Of a stretch of 64,000 bases of DNA, positions 11,974 through 24,077 are shown one piece after another (position 1 is the first letter of the stretch; each line of letters starts with the position of its first letter). The stretch is taken from NCBI GenBank assembly GCA_000182565.2, contig KQ257465.1; one strand, written 5' to 3'. Below the pieces are notes generated by a model, which worked only from the letters and a program-made list of their open reading frames with translations, searched no databases and was not told where the DNA came from. The DNA is from Spizellomyces punctatus DAOM BR117 (Eukaryota). The translations under genes were made by a program, and so were the position numbers.

Positions 11974-12519
11974 AATGATTTTTTGGTGAGAGGTTTGTAT
12001 GAGGTTTGTTGGTGTAGGTAATGAGGTAGTTGGTGAGGAGGAGTTTTTTGTAAGAGATTGTGGTGGGGATGAGGTACGAGGTTCAAAATAAAGAAACTAG
12101 ATGGCTTTTTTGATGCGAGTAGCGGGTTTGGTGTTATCAAGATGACAAAGAGGATAACAACAAAAACACAAGAGGAAGACTAAATAATCGTCCCCAACAA
12201 AAGATTGACAGGGTTGAGAAGGAGGGGGTGGGAGCTTTCTACCCGGGCTTAAAAACGTTGTCGTTTTCCTCCTTGGCCCAATGGCAGCTCCATGCAAAAA
12301 GCAATGGCTCGGCACCTCCAACGTCCGCTCAGCTTTCTTGGAGCAATGGGTCATCATGATGACAATTGAAACGCTGTCAGGATGTGACTCATTTGCTATG
12401 GCAACATGTGAACCGCAGTCACATGATAAATTGTGCTTAGTAGTGCTGCGCACGGGTTTTGTAGCCCTTGCAAATACGGTTCTTGTCGTTTAGCTTTGCT
12501 CTTGCGTTGTTTTTGCCTC

Positions 12520-14651
12520 ATGTCATTGAAGAACCGTGCCGGCGGTGCTGTCAGCCCGGCGATGGATGTAAATGGGTCACCAACATCTGCTGAGATACCC
12601 CTACTACCTAGAACTGGACGGCCGAGTCGCGGGCGTACTGAAAAGACGGAAAAGAGCCAACCGCGCTGGTTGACACTAGAGTTTTTATTGTATTATGTGG
12701 TGATTGCGGTGGGGTTACCGGCATTGTTTATCTGTGCATGGGGATTTAGCAGTGGTAGGTGGGGCATAAAAGGCGTTATGGTTTCTGGACATGAATTTGA
12801 ATTTAAACGCGTTATGTCGTAACTTTAGCAAACCACATCAATTACTACCAATATTCACGAAAACTTGGCAAAGGCTGGTTACTCGGTCGCAGAGTCGATA
12901 ATAGCGATGCTCAGTATGCATCTTTCCGCAACAATATTCCCCTCCTTTCCTACGTCCTTGTAGGCCACATTCTCCTGTCAAACGTCGTTCAACGTCAAAT
13001 CCCTTCCCTCCGACCGCTATTCTCCCTCATCTTTTCCCTCATCTTCCTATCTGTCATTCATGGTAGTTCGGTCATCAAAATCCTAGTCCTTGCAGCTGTC
13101 AACTACGCGGTGGCGAAATATGTGGGAGGTCGATTGGGAGTGGCATTATCGTGGATATGGAGTTTAGGGGTGTTGTTTGCAAATAATGCGTATGATGGGT
13201 ATAAATTTGCGAGTTTAAGTCAGGATTTGGCGTGGTTGGTGAGTTTTGTCTGGCTGTTCTCGCTGATTTGGTGCAATTGCTGCCGAGGGTGACTCTAATT
13301 TCTCGGTTAAGGACAAGTACAAAGGGATCAACATGCGATGGTGGATCACGTTCAATTTCACAACTTTGAGAATGATATCGTTTGCTATGGACTATTACTG
13401 GCAGACGAACGGAGGACGTGATAAGAGCAAATACGAAGTATGCAAACAAGTAGGGATATCCAGTCGCGCTGCGGAGTGGTACTAATGACAGTCAAGCAGA
13501 CACACCGGCAAACCTGCAGCGAATGTTCCTCTGCCACCCATCCCGGTGAACAATGCTCCAAATCCCGCATCGAAACTCCTCTCTCAGCGTCATCCTACAA
13601 CCTCCTCAACTACTACACCTACCTTCTCTACGTTCCCCTCTATCTCGCCGGTCCCATCATCACATTCAACGACTTTACAGCCCAACTTCGACATCCACCC
13701 AAATCGATAACAATGAAAAGCACGCTTTTGTATGCTGTTAGATGGATTTTGGTTGTCTTGTGCATGGAGTGGATTCTACACACGATTTATGTGGTCGCCA
13801 TCAAGGACACCAAGGCGTGGGGTGGGTTTACGCCCTTTCAGATGAGCATGGTGGGCTATTTCAATCTCAAATTGATTTGGTTAAAGGTGGGTACCATATT
13901 TTAGAGTTTGGTGTGTGGGAGTTTGCTCACTGTTTTTATGTACGACAGTTGCTGATTATTTGGAGATACTTTCGATTATGGGTATGTCATTTAGCTCGAG
14001 CTTTGGTAGGCGTTAGATGGGACAACTAATTACTTGCAAACAGGCCATGGCTGACCGTATTGAGACAACGGAAAATATGACACGGTGCATGAGTGACAAT
14101 TACTCTGCGATTGAGTTTTGGCGGTCTTGGCATCGATCCTTTAATCGGTGGCTTGTCCGGTAAGCGCATGCATTGCCAGATTTTGGGGTCCAAGCACAGT
14201 GCTAATACCATTTTGGGACAGTTATGTTTATATTCCCTTGGGCGGCCAACGCTACTATGCCCTCAACATCTTCCCCACCTTCACCTTTGTGGCGGTCTGG
14301 CACGACATTTCACTCAAACTCTTGACTTGGGGTTGGCTCGTCGCCATCTTTATCCTCCCCGAACTCGCTCTCCGCAAATCCTTTGCCACACCGCAATTCA
14401 GAGCAAAACTCGGCGGCTGGTACCGCATGCTCAAAGGCATTGCAGCCGTCTTGAACATTTGGCTGATGATGATTGCGAATCTGGTCGGCTTTGCTGTGGG
14501 AGTAGATGGCGTACGCGAAATGATGCGTCAAATTATTTTTGGAGAGGGTGGGACTGTGTTTTTGGTGTGCTCTTTTGTAGCTGTTTTTGCTGCTGTACAA
14601 CTTATGTTTGAGTTGAGGGAGGAGGAGAAGAGACGGGGGTGGAAGAAGTAA
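12520..14651 (+). CDS. GUP1: GUP1/HHAT-like membrane-bound O-acyltransferase
   Basis: [72 protein letters not shown]. Confidence 0.92.
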
Positions 14652-15189
14652 GAGAGAGATCTTGGGTCTGGCAGATACCCCCCCCCCCATAGATAGGTCT
14701 TTGTATGTGTATGCAAATTACCACACAAGTACAATATCTATATTCATGCTCAGAGGACTAGAGTGATTTAGAATACGAACCATGGTTTTCCACCGCCTGG
14801 TCATCATACCTGCGGATCTGTACCAGCGATCTGGAACCCCTGTCACATTACAAGCTTTTTGACAATTTTCAAGTTGCAGGGTTATTCCAGGCTTTTGAAG
14901 ATTACGTCTTGAGGATTTGAAGCCACGATCATTTTTCGAATTACTTTGCAGCGGAGATCAGATCGCGCTTAACGTCAGCAGCGCGTCCCAACTGTCGGAT
15001 TTTTTCAGGATGCGAGCTTTTGTTTTCAAACAATAGGTTGTTTTTCCCATGATTGCGCATCCGTAAACAATCCGTCTAGATCATACGCCTCACACAAGTG
15101 TTGGCGTGGTGGGTGTTGGATCGTTTTGCAAGGCGGGTTTGTAGCATTCCAGTACGCAAAGCACCTTACATTGCATCAAAAAAAAAACA

Positions 15190-15810
15190 ATGTCAGACGG
15201 ATCACGCAATCCATATCCACAGCGACCAAAACTTCCCAACCTCAATGTCAGCTCAACACCCTCCAGCGTGCCAACCACGCCCACCTATACTATCCAAACC
15301 GACAAACCCACCCCACTCGTTGATTCCGCTATAGATCCGTATACCCCACGCACGGCCCAATCGTTCAGTTTCCCCCTCCCAGATACACCAAGTACAAAAC
15401 GCAGTTCAGTACAATACAGCTACGGTAACTCCCGTCGTCACACTCTGTTGGCTCGTGTACGTCCCCAAGCGACTCCCACCCCGCATTCGCAAACCATACT
15501 CGAGTTTCCCACACATCATGACAGACAAACCCTACACACTCTCCTCACAAAACTACCGACCCTTCATCGTGTATCCGATACATCCTATAAAGCAACATAC
15601 ACTCCGCCGCCTTTATGTGAATCACCACTTTCCGCACGTACACCAGAGGAGGCAATGGATATGGTCGTCGCAGGGTTTGGCGCAGAGGAGGGATACGGAT
15701 TTGTAGTGGATCTTGCTACCGAAGGGACGGTGCGATGTGTGGAGGAAGGGGTTTGGGCTGTGCCCTTTGAAGACGGTGTTAAAAGTGTACTGGGAAATGT
15801 CGTAGAGTGA
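15190..15810 (+). CDS. Hypothetical protein (206 aa), S/T-P-rich N-terminus
   Basis: Single ORF with A-rich start context (aaaacaATG); same C-to-G skew as neighbouring genes. Confidence 0.65.
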   Translation: MSDGSRNPYPQRPKLPNLNVSSTPSSVPTTPTYTIQTDKPTPLVDSAIDPYTPRTAQSFSFPLPDTPSTKRSSVQYSYGNSRRHTLLARVRPQATPTPHSQTILEFPTHHDRQTLHTLLTKLPTLHRVSDTSYKATYTPPPLCESPLSARTPEEAMDMVVAGFGAEEGYGFVVDLATEGTVRCVEEGVWAVPFEDGVKSVLGNVVE

Positions 15811-16748
15811 AAATAGAAGGGATGTCAAGGATGCGTTTGTGTTTAATTATTTGTATTTTTTACAATACATCTTTGGTAGAGGAGTGTATATCCCTTATTT
15901 TTGTTACATACCCTATCCTTTCAACCAGAATTCCAACAGAAGACGTTCCTGTGAACTTATGCCGCATTGATTACAGGAATTCTCTCAAACAACATCCTTT
16001 AGGCGCAAATATATATATATATGTACAAGGCTTGCTGTCTAGTGTGAGGTCTGATGTTGACTGGATGGTCGACTCACGTTCAAAGCCCTGTGTATTGCTG
16101 ATGACAATACATTGCCATGGTATATTAGCTAATAATGCAATCCTCACCAATTATCTGCATCGGATGGATAATACTTGGGTAAAAGTGGGCTGTGTTGTAT
16201 GCATGTTCAGGTTCTCTGGGATCCAGAAGGCTGTGATACCTTGTTCTCAAGTTAGAATTTGGGTAACCTAATATGGGTAACCTGTCAGGACTTTTTGAAC
16301 CCGTCCACACACATGGAATACAGCATGACTGTTCAATACTAAAAATCTTATCTGTTCTTACTCTCTTTTGAGTCTCTCCGTTCCTGTGATACATGCGTTT
16401 CTCTATATAGCTTGTATAGATTACAAATGACGATGTTATCCCAGTTCTAGATATCATATTGAGGCGTGGAAACACACCAGAATATCAGTTGAGATATATC
16501 TGTTGATACGTGAGGGCAAGATAGACTTGTCATAAATCCACACTGATTTATCAACACCTATCTGCAATTGGAGTCCGCAGGGAGAGCAGGTACACACTGC
16601 CGGCTGCCTCGAGACTCGCCATAATATGCAAGGACGAGTCTAGCAATCATTTCACACCAATGGCCGGTTATGGCGCGCTAGGTCACAATTTGTTGAAATC
16701 TCGTCTTGTATCGCTTGTGGAGCACCACTCGAGGATGGTAGGTCCCGA

Positions 16749-17672
16749 TCAGCCCACTCTTTCAGACGCATTACATGTACTGCACAAAATAACCAGTCCA
16801 GTATCATTGTCGAAGGTAAAGTCAGGCGTGCCAGGACAGAGTTGCCTGAGCAGAGGGCCTATGATGAGAGCCAGGTGATTTGTCACAATACAGGAAATTG
16901 GACTTACTCGTGATTGGAGGAAAGTTGTCGTATTTGGCGTTTAAGAGTCTCCACTGAGAACGGAGATCCAGTGCGAGGATCTACTCGCAGGTTACAGGAA
17001 GAGCAGACTATTTGGTTTCCGGCTATAGTCATCACTCCCTGCCGGCAGACAATGCACGTATCTGAAGAATCTGGGGCCCCATAACCTGGTATATCATCAT
17101 CCATCATAATCATATCAATGTCTTCCTCTTGATTTAACGAGCTCTCGTACACCGCAAGGATCTGATCATCCCACGTCTCAGGTCCCTCCTCATACCCTGC
17201 CGTCTCAAGTGCTAGTTCCCGCAAGATCTCTTCCTCGAAAACCAAAGGAATAGATCCTTGTGCATTAGCTTCTGTTCGAAACTGTTGCCACTGACTGGAA
17301 ATGAAAGAACGGGCCCACTGAAAAAGGGCGAAGAATGGTATCTCAAGCAGATATCGTTTGAATGTTCAGAGGTGCAGTTTCTACCTGTTGCTCAACAATT
17401 TCATCCCAGTTCTCATTCACCTGGACCTTTGGACCATCTTTCAGTGGACTACTGGCAATATTCCCAAACCTCCTCCGCCGAACTTCTGCATCGCGAGACT
17501 CTTTTACTCTGCTTAAACATTGGAGCCTGAAACGTTCACGCCATGTCGGTGTACTAGGTGATGAGGGGGATCCAGTGCGTTCGGACCGTTCAGACGGTGA
17601 GAGAGGGGAGGATATATGTGGTGCGTAGGGTCGCTTGACAGGTGTTCTTGCCGGACATTGCGTATGTGCCAT
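16749..17672 (-). CDS. RPAIN: RPA-interacting protein (RIP/RPAIN)
   Basis: N-terminal PTWRERFRLQCLSRVKESR; C-terminal zinc finger CIVC..CSSC..HEQLC..CSTC after splicing; TGA stop at 16749. Confidence 0.8.
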
Positions 17673-17891
17673 TGGGTCTAGTCGCAATTAGTGAATGAAG
17701 TGGGGCGAAATCCTTTCCTTGTCCGAAATCACGTTACTGTACTGTACGTAAGCAATAGGTCACGTGGCTTTTGGAATTGCCAAGAGGCCGTCTTACTATT
17801 GGAATATTTATTTTCTAAAACACAATTCTACAAAATAATAGTAATCAAAAGAATGGTCATCTTAAGCAATCAATGGACGCTTAATATGCAG

Positions 17892-19338
17892 TTATTTGCC
17901 GGGTGGTGATAGGCCTATCCAAGCCGGGGGAATTTTTAACTGTTCGCAGAGCGCACGACCAAAGAGCTTGTTATCGTGAACCAGGAGGAACGGCTGAATG
18001 ACGGCACCCACTATAACCATCGTGTGGCCAAAAAAATCCATAACGTACGGGCAAGCCTTTCCAGATATTGCCTCTGAAATGTCGAACATTATGATTATTC
18101 CACTGCGGATTCCAAACGGTACAACTAGTCTTACCGTATGCAAACATTGTTGCATGAATGCACCATCCAAACATGAACAGCCCGACAATACGGACGGAAC
18201 GCCGAAGAACTTCTCTCTCCAAGCGCTGGGTTTTTTGCTTTCTTGTCATGCTTTTCTTTGTAAAGGACACCCGTTTGCTGCGAGCACCTTGGCTATTCTC
18301 CTCTGCCTGGTCATCAAGGTCCCCGTTTCCAAAAAAACTCAATGAGAATTTGATATTCTCCCTAAGTCGCGCCCAAAATCCCCCACCACCGTCCGCCGCA
18401 GGCACCATTTGTTCATGTTGCGATTGATCAATCGTACTGTTTCCATTTGAAGACATCATCAGTTCAGTCTTAATCATTCCGCTCAGCTCATTAACTTGTG
18501 ATCGAACGACTAGGAAAGTTTTCCCGTAGAATACAACCGTCAGCACCATTGTCGAACTCAACATGATGATGCAGAAAATGGTATGAGCTAGAGCCAGGGG
18601 TTCGCGGGTATACCATGCCCCAGAGCAAGCGATCTGGGCTGGCCGCAAGACGAATCGTCCAGTAAGCCAAGGGTATGTCCCGATGAACAAACCAGGTACC
18701 CATGTCATCATTGCCATTACGATCATGATCGGGACGGTCACTTGTCTTTGCTATAAAAATAGATTTTCAGGAATTTGATCGCAAGACCCCAATCCCCATT
18801 ATTTTGCCAGCAACTAACCTTAACAATGACCAGATATCTCTCGATGCTGATAGTGAAAGTTGACATCCCCGCCTCAGATCCAAACCCCAACCCACTCCAC
18901 CCTTCGAACGCGCAAAAGTTGGCCGAGGCAAACTCCCCGTGTATCGAATTGTAGATGGTTATGGGCGCAGAAAATCTTAAAACAGCGACAATATTGAAAT
19001 AGCCAGGAAATAAGATAATAGCCAGGGATACAGAGCATAATTTTGGTACTCACCCGCCAAAAAGCATGTTCGCAATAACCATCCCGAAAATAACCACCAT
19101 GTTTGAAGGCGTCCATAGTCGGCGATCGCGACAAAACACATACAGTATGACAAAGTTGAAAAGGAAACAAAGTGCTAACAAAATCCCAACCTTTCAGTTT
19201 CGAGACGAAGGCAAATGAGTCACAACTACCGACCCCACACAAAATACTTTTTTACTATTCTCTTACAAGCATGCTAAGAATTTGCGTCGATCTCGACGTA
19301 GGCACAGGAAAGTCCTGGCTTTCAATTCCGGTGTACAT
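17892..19338 (-). CDS. Rhodopsin-class (opsin-like) GPCR, 5 exons, about 387 aa, lacking the Schiff-base lysine
   Basis: Exons 19338-19267, 19190-19054, 18975-18819, 18750-18135 and 18073-17892 join in frame. Motifs: FNFVILYVF..RLWTPSN, CAFEG..SIERYLVIVK, EREVLRR..FMFGW, QPFLL..NKLF. Confidence 0.88.
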
Positions 19339-19977
19339 CTTTGATATCAGAAAAATGTAGTTGGATTTGGATATGCCGTGGGGACAGAACGGGTCAGACA
19401 CAGACTCTTTAAAATGTTCCTCATGTCTATTATAAACCACCCAGGATTAAGTTGGCTTTGTCAATGGTTACTATTCTGTGAGGGTAACCGATCCTCGGAC
19501 AATAGGGAACCGAAATCAGGACTCGTGGCATCTGCAAGCAAAAAAGGAGCATGTGGGCAAATGTTGACTCTAAAATTTCCGTTTACGGAAGATGCGTGAA
19601 ATATTTATGAGGGTTATCCCTTGGATGCGAATGAGATCCTAGCCAAATATTCCTCTATTTAGAATAAGGTGCAGGTTAAATACACTAAGGCAAACCTTAT
19701 ACAAAGGTTTATCCTTAAGAGTATTTATCCCTTAACCCACCTATCCAGTGGTGCATGTGATCCCAGCAACTCCCGCCCAAGGCATACGACCCTGTTGCTC
19801 TCTCCGGGGTTTCAGGCACTGCGATGGAATCCAACTTTCGATAACATTCATAATCTTTGTTGAAACCACTTCCCTTGTGGTAACTAGTTCACATGCAAAG
19901 GATAGGGGTATATTCAACAAGGATCAAAAACAGCATTTGGCCGTATTGTGTATATAACAAAAGAAACAATCTTCCAT

Positions 19978-21222
19978 TTACTTCATTGATAGCACATGCC
20001 TCACGTCGTCGACATATCGCAAGGCATCCAAAAAAAGTAGCATATCCAGCAACGCTTCGTCCCGCGGGTCGCTTATCCAGCCCTCTATTGGTATTCCATT
20101 GTCTGGAAAGAGTCACAACAGCGGACGAGATCAGGAGCGAGATCAATAGCATGTGCATAACGTCGTACGAGATCTCACCTTCATTGTCTTGGTAGGATAT
20201 CGGAGAATTATCCACTAAACAAACCTGCGACAAGTCGGGTTCGACGATTGCGAGGTTCTTAATGTAAGTTCCATTGGAGTGTCGGCAGGCCTTGACCCCG
20301 TAGACAAGTCAGCTAGGAATGAAAGGACTATGCCAAAGCATTCGATACTCACCTGTCTGAAAAGACGCTGGGAGACCATATTCCGCCGTGGGTCTAACCA
20401 GTCAATAACCGGATCGGCATATTCGGGCATCGACGCCGTAAATATAACGACATTATACCATTCGCTGACCTTGGAAATGGAGCACAAGATTATGAAGATC
20501 AGTAATTGCTCAATAGAATGAGAGCCGTATCAGTACATAAAAGCCACCTTCTGGAGAAAAAAATCGCAAAACGGTCTCTTGAATACATAATATAAACACA
20601 CATGACGGTCAACCGTGACCTCGACTACGTGATCATAGTTGCGTGAGTGTCGAGATGTCGAGTGAATAAGAGTCTCGTCCAGATCTAGCACTAGAGTTTT
20701 CTTTCTACAAGGTATGGAGGGAGTTCTGCGAAGGGTATTTTGTGTAGCAGACCTCTTCACTGGTGGCGTTTTAGACGCTCGAGGTCCACGTAAATGTCCT
20801 AGTTGACGAGGATGTTGGACATCGCTGGCATTGGAGTCCGAGTCGGTAATTGAGTCTGATTCGGACGAGGAGGAAGATGAAGAGGATACGCCACTTCCTG
20901 AGGAACCACTTCCCTGCTTTTCCTTCAGACGCCGAGACCTTCTCGGTGAAGGGCTCCCTGTCGCCAGCTTTCCTTTTGACACTTTCCCCCCACGGCGTTT
21001 CGCACTAGCAGCCTCACTCGTACTCCCAAGTCGCACCCTCCCAGCTTGCAAGCGCTGCCTCCAACTTGAAACTGGCAACAAACCGATGAAAATCCTCAAT
21101 ATCCATTGTATACTCCATGTGAGATATGACCAAAGGGTTTCCGCTGCTTGGGTTAGGATTGGCTCCGTAGCATCCTCGCTCGGAACAAGTGACACACCAG
21201 CTTTGACCATGGTATAGCTCAT
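19978..21222 (-). CDS. NEM1: NEM1/CTDNEP1 (Dullard) HAD-family protein phosphatase
   Basis: [55 protein letters not shown]-terminal hydrophobic segment; start codon uncertain. Confidence 0.88.
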
Positions 21223-21690
21223 GGCAGAGTGCAGAGGGGAAAGGTTTGGAGCCCAAAGGTGGTGGACTTCTATCGTACTGCGCAAAGCCACTCTAGTCAG
21301 TGTAAGGTTCGGGAAGCATAGAGGAATATGCAGCTAACAGCATTAACTGAACAATTCCCACCTACGTTCTTAAACCAATTTTAGAACATTGTGTGATCCG
21401 GCGGGGAGATGGGAACACTGTGTATGGAGAGTAATAATATTGAGCAGGTGCGAACCAGCGGACGAGTCACTGGCCACGTACGCCTCCCTCTTGAGGCTAG
21501 TATGAGGCTCAGGACTCGGATGTCGTATATCCAAAAGTTAACGTAAAGTGTTATGCTGCTCGCAGACCTACGGTTCAAAAGGTCATCCTCCTTTTCATAG
21601 ACTTTTTCAATGATCCGGACTCAAACTCTTCTTTAATGTTAATGTTTTGAATAGTCTCTGGTCGCTGCTGTCGAAGAGCTTGGGGATATA

Positions 21691-21712
21691 CACGTGACAT
21701 GCGTGACATGAC
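21691..21712. promoter_or_regulatory. CACGTGAC plus repeated (G/A)TGACA half-sites upstream of the PPR gene
   Basis: cacgtgacatgcgtgacatgac, 60-80 bp upstream of the ATG. Confidence 0.4.
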
Positions 21713-21771
21713 ATCCAATGCAACTCTTTGAGATGCAACTGAACTTGTGCTAACTTAAGAGAATCGAACTC

Positions 21772-24010
21772 ATGCCGCCAACAGCATTTCGAGTGTGCAG
21801 AACGTGCGCTCTACAGCATTATGGTCAAAGCCGGACATTCTTCTCCTTCGCAAAGGTCTTCCGCTCCTCAACACCACCTCCTGCTAAAGATAGTCCAAAT
21901 GTTCCGGTCCCGCATACGCCTTTCACCAGGCTACAAAATGAAGACGAACAAGAGCTGTACGATGATCTAACGGACAGGTTTTTGGAAAAGCTGAGGATGA
22001 CGGACAATGCCGAGGAAGCATGGGAAGACTACTCAAAACTGGTTGAAAGCACATTGGAGAAGGTCAGCTATGGTTCTCTTAATGTCTTCATGCGGAGGGC
22101 GATCTCCAGGGCGGCACTGTCTCACCTCACAAATCTAGTTCAACCTCTCGATCCTCTCTCACCACCGGCTCTTCAAAATGCTGCAGCTAACACCTGCGCC
22201 TAGGAGTGATTCTAAAGCACACGTCATGTCAAGCATCGTCAAAAAGCTGGCGTGGTCTGCCAAGTCAGAGGAGTATGAGCGGTTGATTCAAATTCATGAC
22301 AAGCAGGTACATTGAATAGTGCATTCAACTGTTCTAATCCCAAGAATCGAAAGTGACAAACACTACAATCTGTAGAATGATGTATCGAAAATCATCTCTC
22401 TGATAAATGAGATGCGACGAAATGGTATTCGTCCTACCATTCGTGCGTACAATCACCTCATTCGGGTTTACATTCGTAACAACAACTTGAAGGCTGCTAT
22501 GAGCATTTTTGAAAAACTTCGAAATACGAGCGAAACGGATGAATCCGCAGATCCGCATCTGAAACCCGACGTATATACTTACTCCTCGCTTATTCGTGGA
22601 CATTTGGAAAACTCAAATCATTCCGCCGCGGATCGATTATTTGGAGAAATGCGAGCATTGGGTATCGGCCCTAACCTTGCCCTATTCAATGCGCTGATGT
22701 TGAGTTATCTTCGGCGAGGGCGAAACGGAGCGGCTCTACGTCTCTTTGATGAGCTACGCAAAACAGAAAGCTTGGCACCTAACATTGTCAGCTATCGATT
22801 GCGCGTTGCAGCGTACGTGAATAGTGGAAATACGGTCGCGGCTCGCAGGGTGTTAGATGAGATGATATCGGGCAAAGATCCCCTTGTGCCTCTGCCAGAC
22901 TATGCGATATGGAAGATGGTGATTAAGGCGTACGCAGGCACTGAGAATTTGGCGATGGCCTTGGAACTGTTACAATTAATGCAGGAGAGATCTAGAAGAT
23001 TGTCCAATGAGGAAGACACAACTGTGGTAGCACCGAACGCCAGTATATTCTCAACAGTAATTGCTCTATGCTGCCGACAAGGCGAGATTGCAGACGCACA
23101 AAGGTTGTACGATGACATGCTACGCGAAGGAATGCGACCAACGCCCGCGATATGGAACACCATGATCGCCGCACTTGCTAGACACGGAGACGCGGTGTCA
23201 GCTAGGCGACTGTACAGCGCAGCACGGGAGAGCCAGGCGACCCTGAACGTTGATACTCTGGCAGAGCTTGTTCGAGCTTACCTCGCTAAAGGGCAATACA
23301 GTGCGGCAATAGAGATTGGGGTAGATGTAACCAAATTGGACGCGGCGGTGACAGCGGAAGCGATATCTCTTATTACCGAAAAGGTAGTTTGTCCTGTCGT
23401 GGAGGCACTGAGTTCTGATGGTCGTCATCTCGACCAAGCAACTACGCTGGTGCATGCTGTGATACGACAAGCGCAACACTATGGAGCACCATTGCCTTCA
23501 TTGTCCCGACTGTATTGTGCTTTGATGGACGGGTATGCAAAAGGTCCGAAAGGGTGGGAAAGGACTATCTTTTTGTTTCGTGAATACTTGGGACGCGGTG
23601 GTGAGAGAGAAGGGCCAATTTCTGATCTATTGATCAGACTGGCCAGTAAATTGCTGGCCCACCCTGCGAAGATCATTTTGGAAATGGTGGCGTCGAAGGA
23701 ATTATGCCCGACTGTATCTGGATGGATTCAGACTGTCGACGCGCTGTTGGATAGTGAGCGACAAGACGAACTCAGGGCATTGTTAAGTGGATTGAAAGGA
23801 CGGGATGAGGCGACGGCGAGATTGGGTTACGTAGTACTAGACATGGTTCTGGATAGGATTGATACCAGACACGATCAAACGGTTGCGAATACAGTTGACG
23901 GCGATGAAACGAAGAAGGAACACATGTATGCGTCCCCTGGGTTGGGGGAGGAGGAGATTGAGCAGATTTTGGCGCTTATCGCGAGACGATTAGCTCCTAC
24001 TAGTTGTTAA
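21772..24010 (+). CDS. Pentatricopeptide-repeat protein, probably mitochondrial
   Basis: Repeated 35-aa motifs (PTIRAYNHLI, PDVYTYSSLI, PNLALFNALM, PTPAIWNTMI); presequence-like N-terminus. Confidence 0.88.
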
Positions 24011-24077
24011 AACCAATGTAATGTACACTTCATGTCGAACATATTTACACTTAAAGTAGGACGATGGCTCTCTAAAG

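Noticed and set aside
15807-16700. ORFs of 116-154 aa and a GGGTAACCT direct repeat between convergent genes
   Set aside because: No recognisable domain, terminal repeats or target-site duplication; cannot support a gene or transposon
5935-19338. RIC8 and the opsin-like GPCR as a signalling cluster
   Set aside because: About 10 kb apart with unrelated genes between; no evidence beyond proximity
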